Shown here: in pieces, positions 56,091 to 64,000 of the stretch
Layout of the letters: the number at the start of each line of letters is the position of its first letter
Numbering within the stretch: the first letter of the stretch is position 1
Source: Nitrospirales bacterium
GTDB lineage: Bacteria > Nitrospirota > Nitrospiria > Nitrospirales > UBA8639
Assembly: GCA_965203295.1 (NCBI GenBank)
Contig: CBDBCZ010000019.1
Coordinates: forward strand, 1,568,001-1,632,000
Length of the DNA: 64,000 nt
Reading direction: 5' to 3'
Program-made: the position numbers and the translations under genes
The notes under the pieces: generated by a model
The model's input: the letters and a program-made list of their open reading frames with translations, nothing else
What the model was told of the DNA's origin: nothing
The model's database searches: none

Positions 56091-57371
56091 TTAATGCGTT
56101 GATGAAAATGCATTCGCGGGGATTCGATCCGCATACGGGTCAGGCAATAACCTTGCAGCTTGAAGGCGATCAAGAAGCCCAAATGGAGCTGTTTCTCGCA
56201 AGCCGGCTGTTGCTTCCAGTACCTGGTACCGAAGACGCTTATTCCGATCCAACGTGGTAAATACACGGTTCCGTAAAAAGACTAACACGGGGTTTCCTGC
56301 GTTCCAAAAAAAGACTTCTTCATCCGCTAAACGTTGCAGCATTTCGACCTGAGGTCGTCGTCGTTTTTCAAAGGCTTTTAAAGCTTGAGCAGAGAAATCT
56401 TCTTGTTCCAAAAAGGATGGAATGAGATCAGCTAACGTGATCGCATCAACCATCGCCTGCATCCGGCCCTGTGAAGCATGAGGATTCATGCCGTGAGCGG
56501 CATCCCCGATGAGTACCGCTCCATCGCTGACCCAGGATTTTGCGCGGACACGTCCGGTTGGCATGTAGGCCGTTTGAGGCCAATCTTCAAAATGGTCAAA
56601 TGTTTGAGTAAGCTCGGGACAAATGGCTTTCCACCTCGACCGTAATGCTTGGGCACCACTTTGTTTCACCTTCGGCATGGAACCAGAATGAATCATATAG
56701 AAAAGAAACATTTGTCTCTCCGCAGCCGGAAAGATGCCAAGGATTTCTTGTTCTCCCAAAAAATATTGTGCCTCATCCAATCCCTCCGGGCACGGCAATA
56801 TAGAAATAAGATAACTTTCAGAATACCGGTGAAGGTGCGTCGGAACTCTCAAAGCCTCCCGCACCTGGGACAATGGTCCATCAGCCCCTACCACGAGTTT
56901 AGCCTCAATCCGAAGCCTTTCCCCCTGCTTTTCGGCGATCACGCCCGCAACCCGATTCCCCTCTCTGAATACCTCCTTGAATGTACTCTTATACCATAAT
57001 CCACCAGGATTCTGAGATTCTAAGGCCTTCAGCACAGCATGATGAACTGTATTGGGAAGCGTAACGAGGGCGCGGTTGTATGGGGGTGGCAGCATATCAT
57101 AATCAATAGTACACAATCGTTTCCCATCTATTTGCCTGAAATGGAAAAATCTTACTGGGCAAACCGTGTTAGAAGGAAATGTATGAAGCAATCCGAGGTT
57201 ATCCATCACTCGTTGACCATTGGGCTGTAGAATTTCCCCACGAAGTCCTTCTGGTGGACCAGAAGCTTGCTCAAGTATCAGCGTATTGATGCCTTTTTGC
57301 GCAAGGGCACATCCTAAGATTGCTCCGCCACCACCTGCTCCGATGATCAGAACATCTGTTTTCGTATCCAT
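56091..57371 (-). CDS. FAD-dependent monooxygenase/oxidoreductase
   Basis: IIGAGGGG, VGADG, LIGDAAHGMNP. Confidence 0.92.
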   Translation of the reverse strand: MDTKTDVLIIGAGGGGAILGCALAQKGINTLILEQASGPPEGLRGEILQPNGQRVMDNLGLLHTFPSNTVCPVRFFHFRQIDGKRLCTIDYDMLPPPYNRALVTLPNTVHHAVLKALESQNPGGLWYKSTFKEVFREGNRVAGVIAEKQGERLRIEAKLVVGADGPLSQVREALRVPTHLHRYSESYLISILPCPEGLDEAQYFLGEQEILGIFPAAERQMFLFYMIHSGSMPKVKQSGAQALRSRWKAICPELTQTFDHFEDWPQTAYMPTGRVRAKSWVSDGAVLIGDAAHGMNPHASQGRMQAMVDAITLADLIPSFLEQEDFSAQALKAFEKRRRPQVEMLQRLADEEVFFWNAGNPVLVFLRNRVFTTLDRNKRLRYQVLEATAGLRETAPFGLLDRLQAARLLPDPYADRIPANAFSSTH

Positions 57372-57511
57372 ATACGGTCTTGTTGATAGTGAAACAAATC
57401 CGCTAAGTGTGTCTCATGACGTGCTCAACGTTAAGAGCGTTCCTGCTGGTTGGGTTCTTTGAGCAGCCTGGGTACTTTTTGATATCTCGAAACAAGGCAG
57501 GGACGATCAGT

Positions 57512-57889
57512 CTACCCTTCTTCAAAAATCTCCTGGAAATGATCCCCCGCTTCTTCCCACGCAGTTGGACTAGTCTCAATAAGCCATTTTTTGAGGAAGG
57601 ATTTTTGATCCGAGGTGAGCATCTGTTTTATTTGGTGAGTACGTCCTTGAAGTGGTTGGAGAAAACCGGTTTGTTTGCTGGGATCTAATGTTGCGGTGCG
57701 AACATAAATGTTTGTATAGGCCGTGGGCGTATCGTCTTTCTCTTCACCCTGGAGCCATACAGATATGTACTTTTCCATGTTAAGCCCAGAACTATCCAGC
57801 GCAGGGGCGGTTTCATGAAATAACTCATTCTCGATTTCACGCAGGGGAACCGCTTCCCCTTCCCGAAATAGGAAATTTTTATTCCACAT
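57512..57889 (-). CDS. Hypothetical protein
   Basis: 125-aa ORF with protein-like composition, co-oriented with downstream genes. Confidence 0.7.
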   Translation of the reverse strand: MWNKNFLFREGEAVPLREIENELFHETAPALDSSGLNMEKYISVWLQGEEKDDTPTAYTNIYVRTATLDPSKQTGFLQPLQGRTHQIKQMLTSDQKSFLKKWLIETSPTAWEEAGDHFQEIFEEG

Positions 57890-58127
57890 TGCGACAAGAA
57901 TTACAGTCTATGCGATGGCACGGTTATACAGAGGATCCACATACTGTCAGGCTCTAAAAGGAAAAGTCAACACAACGCCAATGAAGCATCAAAGGTGTGT
58001 TTCAAGTTTTGGATTTTGCCTAGAAGAATAGGGTATCATCGCTATTGTTGATGAAAAAGATACTGGCCGAAGAAGATATTCATTTCTTCTGGGATGTTTT
58101 TTATTTCTCACTGTAGGGGGTAATCTC

Positions 58128-58748
58128 ATGAAACGTGCATATTTTCGATCTGGCCTTGCCGCCATTTTTCTTTTAGTCTTATCTGGGTGTCCAGGTTCAG
58201 GGACTTTGATCAATTTAGACGTTCCCGCCTTTACTCCTAAGGAAGAGGAGTCTCATGAAGGGCTCAAAGTCGCTGTCCACCCCTTTGCTGATGGCTTTGA
58301 AAACACTGGGGATTTAGGAATTCTGACGCATTTTTGGGGAGGAACGACTCGATTCACGGCCTGGAATGGGACGTTGGGTCCAGGGATGACGAAGGGAATT
58401 ATTGAATACCTCAATCAAAGCGGCTGGCAAGCCCAGCTGGCTGAAGAAACTAAATCTGGTTCTCCAGATGTTGAATTATGGGGAACGATTAGAGAATTGA
58501 CGACAGACGCCAAGAGTGGTTTTGGGAATACAGAATTAGAAGTGAACACGATCATTGAATATAAGGCCAAAAATTTAGTTGATGGGAGCATCGAGCGTAT
58601 TACGGTTGGCTCCGGTGGGACCAACACGGTTATGTGGTTCGAACCTGAAGATATGGAAAAATTGGTTTATACTGCATTATTGGCAAATATTTATGAATTG
58701 TTAGATAAAACTGAGGTAAAAGGTCGTGCGTTGAAACGTCGGATATAA
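58128..58748 (+). CDS. Putative lipoprotein
   Basis: Lipobox LSGC after a basic/hydrophobic signal peptide. Confidence 0.8.
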   Translation: MKRAYFRSGLAAIFLLVLSGCPGSGTLINLDVPAFTPKEEESHEGLKVAVHPFADGFENTGDLGILTHFWGGTTRFTAWNGTLGPGMTKGIIEYLNQSGWQAQLAEETKSGSPDVELWGTIRELTTDAKSGFGNTELEVNTIIEYKAKNLVDGSIERITVGSGGTNTVMWFEPEDMEKLVYTALLANIYELLDKTEVKGRALKRRI

Positions 58749-58826
58749 CCATCCACCATGTGAGAGTATTCGCATTAATTATTGGAAAACAACTGAAAGA
58801 GAAAAGGGGCAAGAAGTTAACGAACA

Positions 58827-59234
58827 TTAAACCTTTCCGAACCATGTGTAACGATATCTGGCAATAAGTCGATACACCAAGCGAATCAACATTCTGAAAG
58901 GAGGAATTCTCCACAAGGCCAAAACAAACGTTCCCCCATAGAGCTTGGGCAAAAATGGGAAAAATGCCTCTGGTCCTCTATGAATTGCTCCTTGTGTTTC
59001 CACGAAATACGCAATCTTTGGTGTTCCGAGTTGGTATTCCGTGCCAAGGGCATGTTGAGCCTCTTCGGACTGGTAAGGGATAAACTCGACATTAACCGCA
59101 ATCTGCTGCCGTTCCAATGTTTCCTTGATTGAAGTGCACAGTTTGCATTCACCATCATAGATCAGAAGGTCGCTCAGGTCTTTCCAGTCGGGCACGTGAC
59201 CACTTGTGAATGGTTTCTGATCCCCTGTCCCCAT
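58827..59234 (-). CDS. DCC1-like (DUF393) thiol-disulfide oxidoreductase
   Basis: IYDGECKLC, YRLIARYRYTWFG. Confidence 0.88.
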   Translation of the reverse strand: MGTGDQKPFTSGHVPDWKDLSDLLIYDGECKLCTSIKETLERQQIAVNVEFIPYQSEEAQHALGTEYQLGTPKIAYFVETQGAIHRGPEAFFPFLPKLYGGTFVLALWRIPPFRMLIRLVYRLIARYRYTWFGKV

Positions 59235-59338
59235 AGACTCGATCTTCCATTCCGATGTTGCGATTCCTCTCTCTAACTATAGTCAGCTATTGATTTAGTT
59301 TCCATCTCCTAATTCTAGGTTTAATTTTTTAATCTTGG

Positions 59339-60370
59339 TCAGACTTTAAACGTTTTGGCAATATCACTGGGCTTAAAAACTCCCTTTTCCGTAATAATCG
59401 CAGTCACCAATTCAGCCGGGGTAATGTCAAAAGCAAGATTCCTCACCTGCGCTCCTTTGGGTGCAATCGAGCTCCCGCTAAATAACGAAGTGACTTCCTG
59501 TTGATGACGCTCCTCAATCGGAATGAGATCGCCAGATGCCGTATTCAGATCTATCGTGGAGGAGGGAGCGGCCACATAAAATGGTAATCCATGAGCATTG
59601 GCTAACACAGCTACTGAGTATGTCCCTATCTTGTTTGCAACGTCCCCATTGGCGGCAATCCGGTCAGCCCCCACGATGCAGAGGTTGATCAAACGTTGTC
59701 TCATAAACGTCCCAGCCATGTTGTCAGTAATAAGCGTCACAGGGATATGATCTTGCATCAATTCCCAGGCAGTTAATCGAGCACCTTGAAGAACCGGTCT
59801 GGTTTCATCGGCATAAACGTGAATCTTTTTCCCCTGCTCCCATGCAGCCCGTACGACACCTAAGGCAGTACCATAACCGGCAGTAGCGAGAGCTCCAGCG
59901 TTGCAATGGGTCAGAATGTGCTGACCATCACCTATCAGCCTGGCGCCGTGAGCACCCATGGCCTTATTCATCGCGATATCTTCATCCAAAATATTTTGAG
60001 CTTCTTTGAGCAGAAGATCTTTTAAATCCGCAACTGATGTTTCTCGTCCCCGGACAATGACTTTTTTCATCCGTTCAAGTGCCCAAAATAAATTGACCGC
60101 AGTAGGACGGGTTTTGCCTAAATGCTCACAAATTGACAATACTCCGTCTTGAAATGACTCATAGTGAGTTTCTGTCAACGCTCTTGCGCCTAGCGCCACC
60201 CCAAGGGCCGCAGTGACCCCAATCGCGGGTGCCCCTCTCACACGTAATTCCCGAATGGCGTTTGCGACAGAGTAATAGTCTTGGCATTCCAGAATGGTAA
60301 CCTTTTCAGGCAATAACGATTGATCAAGCAATCGCACCACCCCATCTCGCCATTCTACTGTCGGAATCAT
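59339..60370 (-). CDS. mtnA: S-methyl-5-thioribose-1-phosphate isomerase
   Basis: [39 protein letters not shown]. Confidence 0.97.
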   Translation of the reverse strand: MIPTVEWRDGVVRLLDQSLLPEKVTILECQDYYSVANAIRELRVRGAPAIGVTAALGVALGARALTETHYESFQDGVLSICEHLGKTRPTAVNLFWALERMKKVIVRGRETSVADLKDLLLKEAQNILDEDIAMNKAMGAHGARLIGDGQHILTHCNAGALATAGYGTALGVVRAAWEQGKKIHVYADETRPVLQGARLTAWELMQDHIPVTLITDNMAGTFMRQRLINLCIVGADRIAANGDVANKIGTYSVAVLANAHGLPFYVAAPSSTIDLNTASGDLIPIEERHQQEVTSLFSGSSIAPKGAQVRNLAFDITPAELVTAIITEKGVFKPSDIAKTFKV

Positions 60371-60385
60371 GCCCTCACTGTCCTC

Positions 60386-60522
60386 AAAGTTTCGAGTTCC
60401 GGGTTTAAAGTTTCGGGTTATAAGAAAACGTGGGACATTCTGAACAATGCCAAACGGCTTTTCGCGCTAAACTCGCAACTCCAATCTTTTTAAACTCGAA
60501 CTCTTAAACTCGAAACTTTAAA
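60386..60522. repeat. Inverted arrays of 7-8-nt degenerate units downstream of rtcB
   Basis: aaagtttcgagtt (60386-98) and aactcgaaacttt (60507-19) form a perfect 13-bp IR; taaactcg recurs at 60468, 60491 and 60505. Confidence 0.8.
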
Positions 60523-60523
60523 A

Positions 60524-61975
60524 TCACCCCTTGATATTGCCAATGGGCAACAATTCAGCCACTTTTTTGGTTATCCCTGCCTTATCAACCGTCTCGACGA
60601 CATCAGAAATATTTTTGTACGCCACACCCGCTTCCTCAGCAAGCCCTGACATGGAAACGGCCTTCACCATGATCCCCCGTTTCGCCATCGGTTGCTGAAG
60701 GAGATTCCCTTTAATGGTGCGCTTAGCCTGGGCTCTCGACATCGTGCGACCAGCGCCATGCATGGTAGAGCCAAAGGTTTCGTCCATTGCATGAGTCGTG
60801 CCGACTAAGAGATAGGAACCGGTTTCCATTGATCCACCACAAATGACCGGTTGTCCAATGTCTCGGTATCGATCAGGCATTTCTGGACATTTTTGGCCAA
60901 AAGCCCTCGTAGCGCCTTTTCGATGGACTAACAAGGGTCCTTCCGCGTACGTTTCAACCTTGGCGATATTGTGTGCGACATCATAGACAAGATGCATGCC
61001 CAGTGATTCCGAAGATTGTCCAAAAACATCCTTAAACGTTTCTCGAATTTGGTGGGTAATGACTTGCCGATTGGCAAACGCCATATTCGCGGCACCGTTC
61101 ATGCCAGAAAAATACGTTTGTCCTTCTACAGACTGAAATGGTGCACAGGCAAGCTGCCGATCATGAACGGAAATGCCATATTGTCGCATCGCTTTCTCGA
61201 AAACTTTCAAAGCATTACTGGCTACCTGATGGCCAAACCCGCGCGAACCGCAGTGGACCATGACGACAATCTGATTATCGCCATGGATTCCAAAAGCTTC
61301 TGCAGAACGCAAATCATAGATTCGATCTTTTGAGGCAACCTGGATTTCAAGGTAATGATTTCCGGACCCAAGCGTCCCTAATTGTGAAATCCCTCTTTCT
61401 ATCGCACGCTCAGAGAAGCAATCAGGATCAACTCCAGACACACACCCGTGTTCTTCTGTATAAAGAAGGTCCTCATTCCACCCAAATCCTTTGTCCACAC
61501 TCCACCAGGCCCCTTGTTGAGCAATATGCTGAACATCTCGTTTGCTGAGTAAAACAGAACCCTTTGATCCTACACCCGCAGGGACTCGCCGAAATAATTC
61601 CGTCATGAGTTTGTCGAGTCGAGGCTGAACCTCATTCAATGTAAGGTCCGTTCGGATAAGTCGCATTCCACAGTTGATGTCATATCCGACACCGCCTGGC
61701 GAAATAATGCCTTTTTGAAGATCAAAAGCGGCAACTCCTCCAATAGGAAACCCATAGCCCCAATGCCCATCAGGCATGCAGAACGCATACCGGCGGATGC
61801 CGGGCAAACACGCTACATTCGTCACTTGTTCAAAAACCCCATCATCCAATTGAGAAAATATATTATCTGAGGCATACACTCGAGCAGGCACATGCATGCC
61901 TCTTTTTTCAGTGGGAGGGATTTCCCACAACACATCTGAAACTTGATTCACGATCATTCGCTTTGACATGGCCAT
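60524..61975 (-). CDS. rtcB: RNA 2',3'-cyclic phosphate/3'-phosphate--5'-OH ligase RtcB (long, archease-associated type)
   Basis: MPDGHWGYGFPIG, GYDINCG, GSGNHY, VHCGSRG, AHN, HGAGR all present. Confidence 0.96.
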   Translation of the reverse strand: MAMSKRMIVNQVSDVLWEIPPTEKRGMHVPARVYASDNIFSQLDDGVFEQVTNVACLPGIRRYAFCMPDGHWGYGFPIGGVAAFDLQKGIISPGGVGYDINCGMRLIRTDLTLNEVQPRLDKLMTELFRRVPAGVGSKGSVLLSKRDVQHIAQQGAWWSVDKGFGWNEDLLYTEEHGCVSGVDPDCFSERAIERGISQLGTLGSGNHYLEIQVASKDRIYDLRSAEAFGIHGDNQIVVMVHCGSRGFGHQVASNALKVFEKAMRQYGISVHDRQLACAPFQSVEGQTYFSGMNGAANMAFANRQVITHQIRETFKDVFGQSSESLGMHLVYDVAHNIAKVETYAEGPLLVHRKGATRAFGQKCPEMPDRYRDIGQPVICGGSMETGSYLLVGTTHAMDETFGSTMHGAGRTMSRAQAKRTIKGNLLQQPMAKRGIMVKAVSMSGLAEEAGVAYKNISDVVETVDKAGITKKVAELLPIGNIKG

Positions 61976-61987
61976 TGGTAATACAAA

Positions 61988-62075
61988 AAAGTTTAAAGTT
62001 TCAGGCTTAAAGTTTCGCGTTAGTTACAAAACTCTCAATAAGCAGCTTGTTAACACTCATAACTTTACACTCGAA
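61988..62075. repeat. Second copy of the short-unit inverted array, upstream of rtcB
   Basis: ttaaagtttc at 61993 and 62007 (also at 60405); degenerate opposite arm actcataactttacactcgaa at ~62055-62075. Confidence 0.65.
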
Positions 62076-62102
62076 GCAGCGGACTTGAAATATGATAGTG
62101 AT

Positions 62103-62543
62103 TTATACATCAACAACCACCTTTGCAACCCACCAACCATCTTCTTCTTTGATTTCGAACTGATGCTTCGTAATACCCTTAACATCGGTACCTAATTCAT
62201 GCTGTGCGAGGTTAATCGGCTCTCCCTGTATCGTACCATCGAGCGTCCAACCATTGCTTGCTAATGGGCCTAATACTGTCACGGATGTCATGCAGAGTAT
62301 CATACCCTCCGCATCCTTAAGAAAAACAATCATTGAAAGCCATTCGAAGAGCAGTGAGTCCAAATCCTCATCTTTGAGCGAAATTTCCCTTGACCAGTTT
62401 CCTCGGACCGTTGCAGGGTTGACCATGATTTGAATCAGTGCCTGGGCAGCCGCCATAAATAATTCTGCCGGAGAATCACCTCGAGCTTCAAACGCCGCAT
62501 CTGCCAAGGCAATATCTTCTAAAAACTTGAATTCTTTGGCCAT
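62103..62543 (-). CDS. Archease
   Basis: FKFLEDIALADAAFEARG, LLFEWL, DVKGITKH, VVVDV C-terminus; adjacent to rtcB. Confidence 0.93.
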   Translation of the reverse strand: MAKEFKFLEDIALADAAFEARGDSPAELFMAAAQALIQIMVNPATVRGNWSREISLKDEDLDSLLFEWLSMIVFLKDAEGMILCMTSVTVLGPLASNGWTLDGTIQGEPINLAQHELGTDVKGITKHQFEIKEEDGWWVAKVVVDV

Positions 62544-62575
62544 GCCCAAAAGCTGAAAACTAGGGAAGCAATTCT

Positions 62576-64000
62576 TTATTGTTGTGATTTGTCATCAGAT
62601 GTTTCATCAGATTCTTTAACGGATTCTTCCCCTACTTCTTCAGGAGTTAATATTTTAGCCGGAAGGGTGAGGGTATTTTTTAATACGGTAAAAGCGGTCA
62701 TTGCCAACCCGGTCAGTCCTGCCTTGAATGAATCGACAGGCAGGTAGGTCACTTCGGGTTCATCCATTGGCCCTTTTACCTCAAACAAAGCTGTAAGGAT
62801 CGCATTGTTATCCCCATCCAATAGCAAACTAAATACGGGTATTTTCTTTAACAAATCAGAATAGGAACCAAAGGGACTCACGGCAGTGATAAGGTTCAAC
62901 TGGTCATTGCCCATATCATATTCCCCTGCCGCAGTCATCCTTAAAACAGGTCCTTCTAGGACGATATCTTGCGACTTCATGACCCCATCCTGAATATCAA
63001 TTGTGGCGGTTTGTAAGTCAAAGGCGTATCCATCTTTGCCAAAATCAGCTTTGCCTTCGACCACAACTGGGAGATTCATGATCATAAGAATTTTGGGGAC
63101 AATCGTGCCCCGTTGAACATTCCCCTCCACAATCTTCATATCAAGCTTTCCATTCAATGTTGGAATCATTCCTTTTGGATCACGTCCGTGCCCTTCCACA
63201 TGACCGTTCACAGACAATTTTCCCGTAATGAAGCGTTTCTTTCGGGATTCCTCGTCGAGAAAGGTTTTTTCTAAATCACTCAAAGGAATTCCCTCTATAT
63301 GGGCTGAGGCTTTGACAGCGGCTGGTTTGTTTATTGGCAAATGGACCAAAACACTACCGTTCAGTTTTCCTTCATCTATTTTCCCATCTACATCGTTAAT
63401 TCCTACGTCGTTTTCTCGAATTACCAACTTCCCCTTTAACGTCTGAAATTGGAAATGTTTATACCATGCTCTATCAAACATCAATGCACTCTCAACTTCA
63501 GTCCGATCCGCAACGTGTTCCAAAAATATTCGAAGAGGCGAGCGTCCTCCTTTGGGGATCAAGAGTTCAAGGTCAAATTGGGGGGCATGCATGTCAAAGT
63601 TCACAATCGGGCGTGTTTCCCAATCCCGAATGGATCCAGCAAAGCGAGCGACATTCTCCTGCACATGAAATTCAAAGTCTTTTACCTCCGCCACATGATT
63701 GACCAATTTCATTCGAAGGAAAATATCGGTAACTGGAAAATCCAATCCAACATTATCCAATCGCCCATCCGTTAATGCCACCCATCCAGACTTATTCCAT
63801 CGTGTCCAATCAGTTCCTGCTCCTTTCAAGTCAAGAGAGATTGATAGTGTTCCATGTGGGATCACTCCCCTTCCAAGCACAACCCCTTTGGGCAGACGGT
63901 GAAGGACAAGTGGATCAAGTCCGAAGTATGCGAGAAACCTTAAAGAGGGATCAGTCCATATGGAACCACGTCCTGAAAGGTGCAATGGCAAAACATCGAA
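62576..64000 (-). CDS. AsmA-like (YhdP/AsmA_2) C-terminal region, partial
   Basis: Beta-rich ORF running off the window end; AsmA_2-like C-terminus (FEVKGPMDEPEV). Confidence 0.8.
   Translation of the reverse strand, partial: FDVLPLHLSGRGSIWTDPSLRFLAYFGLDPLVLHRLPKGVVLGRGVIPHGTLSISLDLKGAGTDWTRWNKSGWVALTDGRLDNVGLDFPVTDIFLRMKLVNHVAEVKDFEFHVQENVARFAGSIRDWETRPIVNFDMHAPQFDLELLIPKGGRSPLRIFLEHVADRTEVESALMFDRAWYKHFQFQTLKGKLVIRENDVGINDVDGKIDEGKLNGSVLVHLPINKPAAVKASAHIEGIPLSDLEKTFLDEESRKKRFITGKLSVNGHVEGHGRDPKGMIPTLNGKLDMKIVEGNVQRGTIVPKILMIMNLPVVVEGKADFGKDGYAFDLQTATIDIQDGVMKSQDIVLEGPVLRMTAAGEYDMGNDQLNLITAVSPFGSYSDLLKKIPVFSLLLDGDNNAILTALFEVKGPMDEPEVTYLPVDSFKAGLTGLAMTAFTVLKNTLTLPAKILTPEEVGEESVKESDETSDDKSQQ

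Noticed and set aside
57916..57932. TGGCACG as a sigma54 promoter
   Set aside because: No GC at the -12 position.
60386..60522. CRISPR array
   Set aside because: Units are 7-8 nt, degenerate and inverted, with no unique spacers and no cas genes.

Overview
Core-chromosome segment of a bacterium of roughly mid-40s %GC (by eye). It is most likely a member of Nitrospirota (Nitrospirales); this is inferred from gene order and protein style, not from a search. The window is dominated by housekeeping genes: tyrS end, tRNA-Gly, mutS2, queG, groEL/groES, an RpoH-like sigma factor, a NarK-type MFS, ribBA-ribH-nusB, purB-S-Q-L-F, an EF-G paralogue, htrA, lepA-lepB-hldE-kdsB-pyrG-kdsA-pgsA-plsY, bioA, greA, pyrR-B-C with a PyrR attenuator, proA, tRNA-Phe, and archease-rtcB-mtnA. 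No CRISPR array, prophage or intact transposase is visible. Three things stand out. (1) There is window-wide gene erosion: four genes are broken by in-frame stops or a 1-bp insertion, queG looks decayed, and many conserved motifs carry C>T/G>A-type substitutions. (2) The rtcB RNA ligase ORF is bracketed by related short-unit inverted repeats that can form a ~20-bp stem closing around the ORF. (3) Several small palindromic or MITE-like elements occur, along with an unannotated leader ORF before a CNNM/CorC-type gene.
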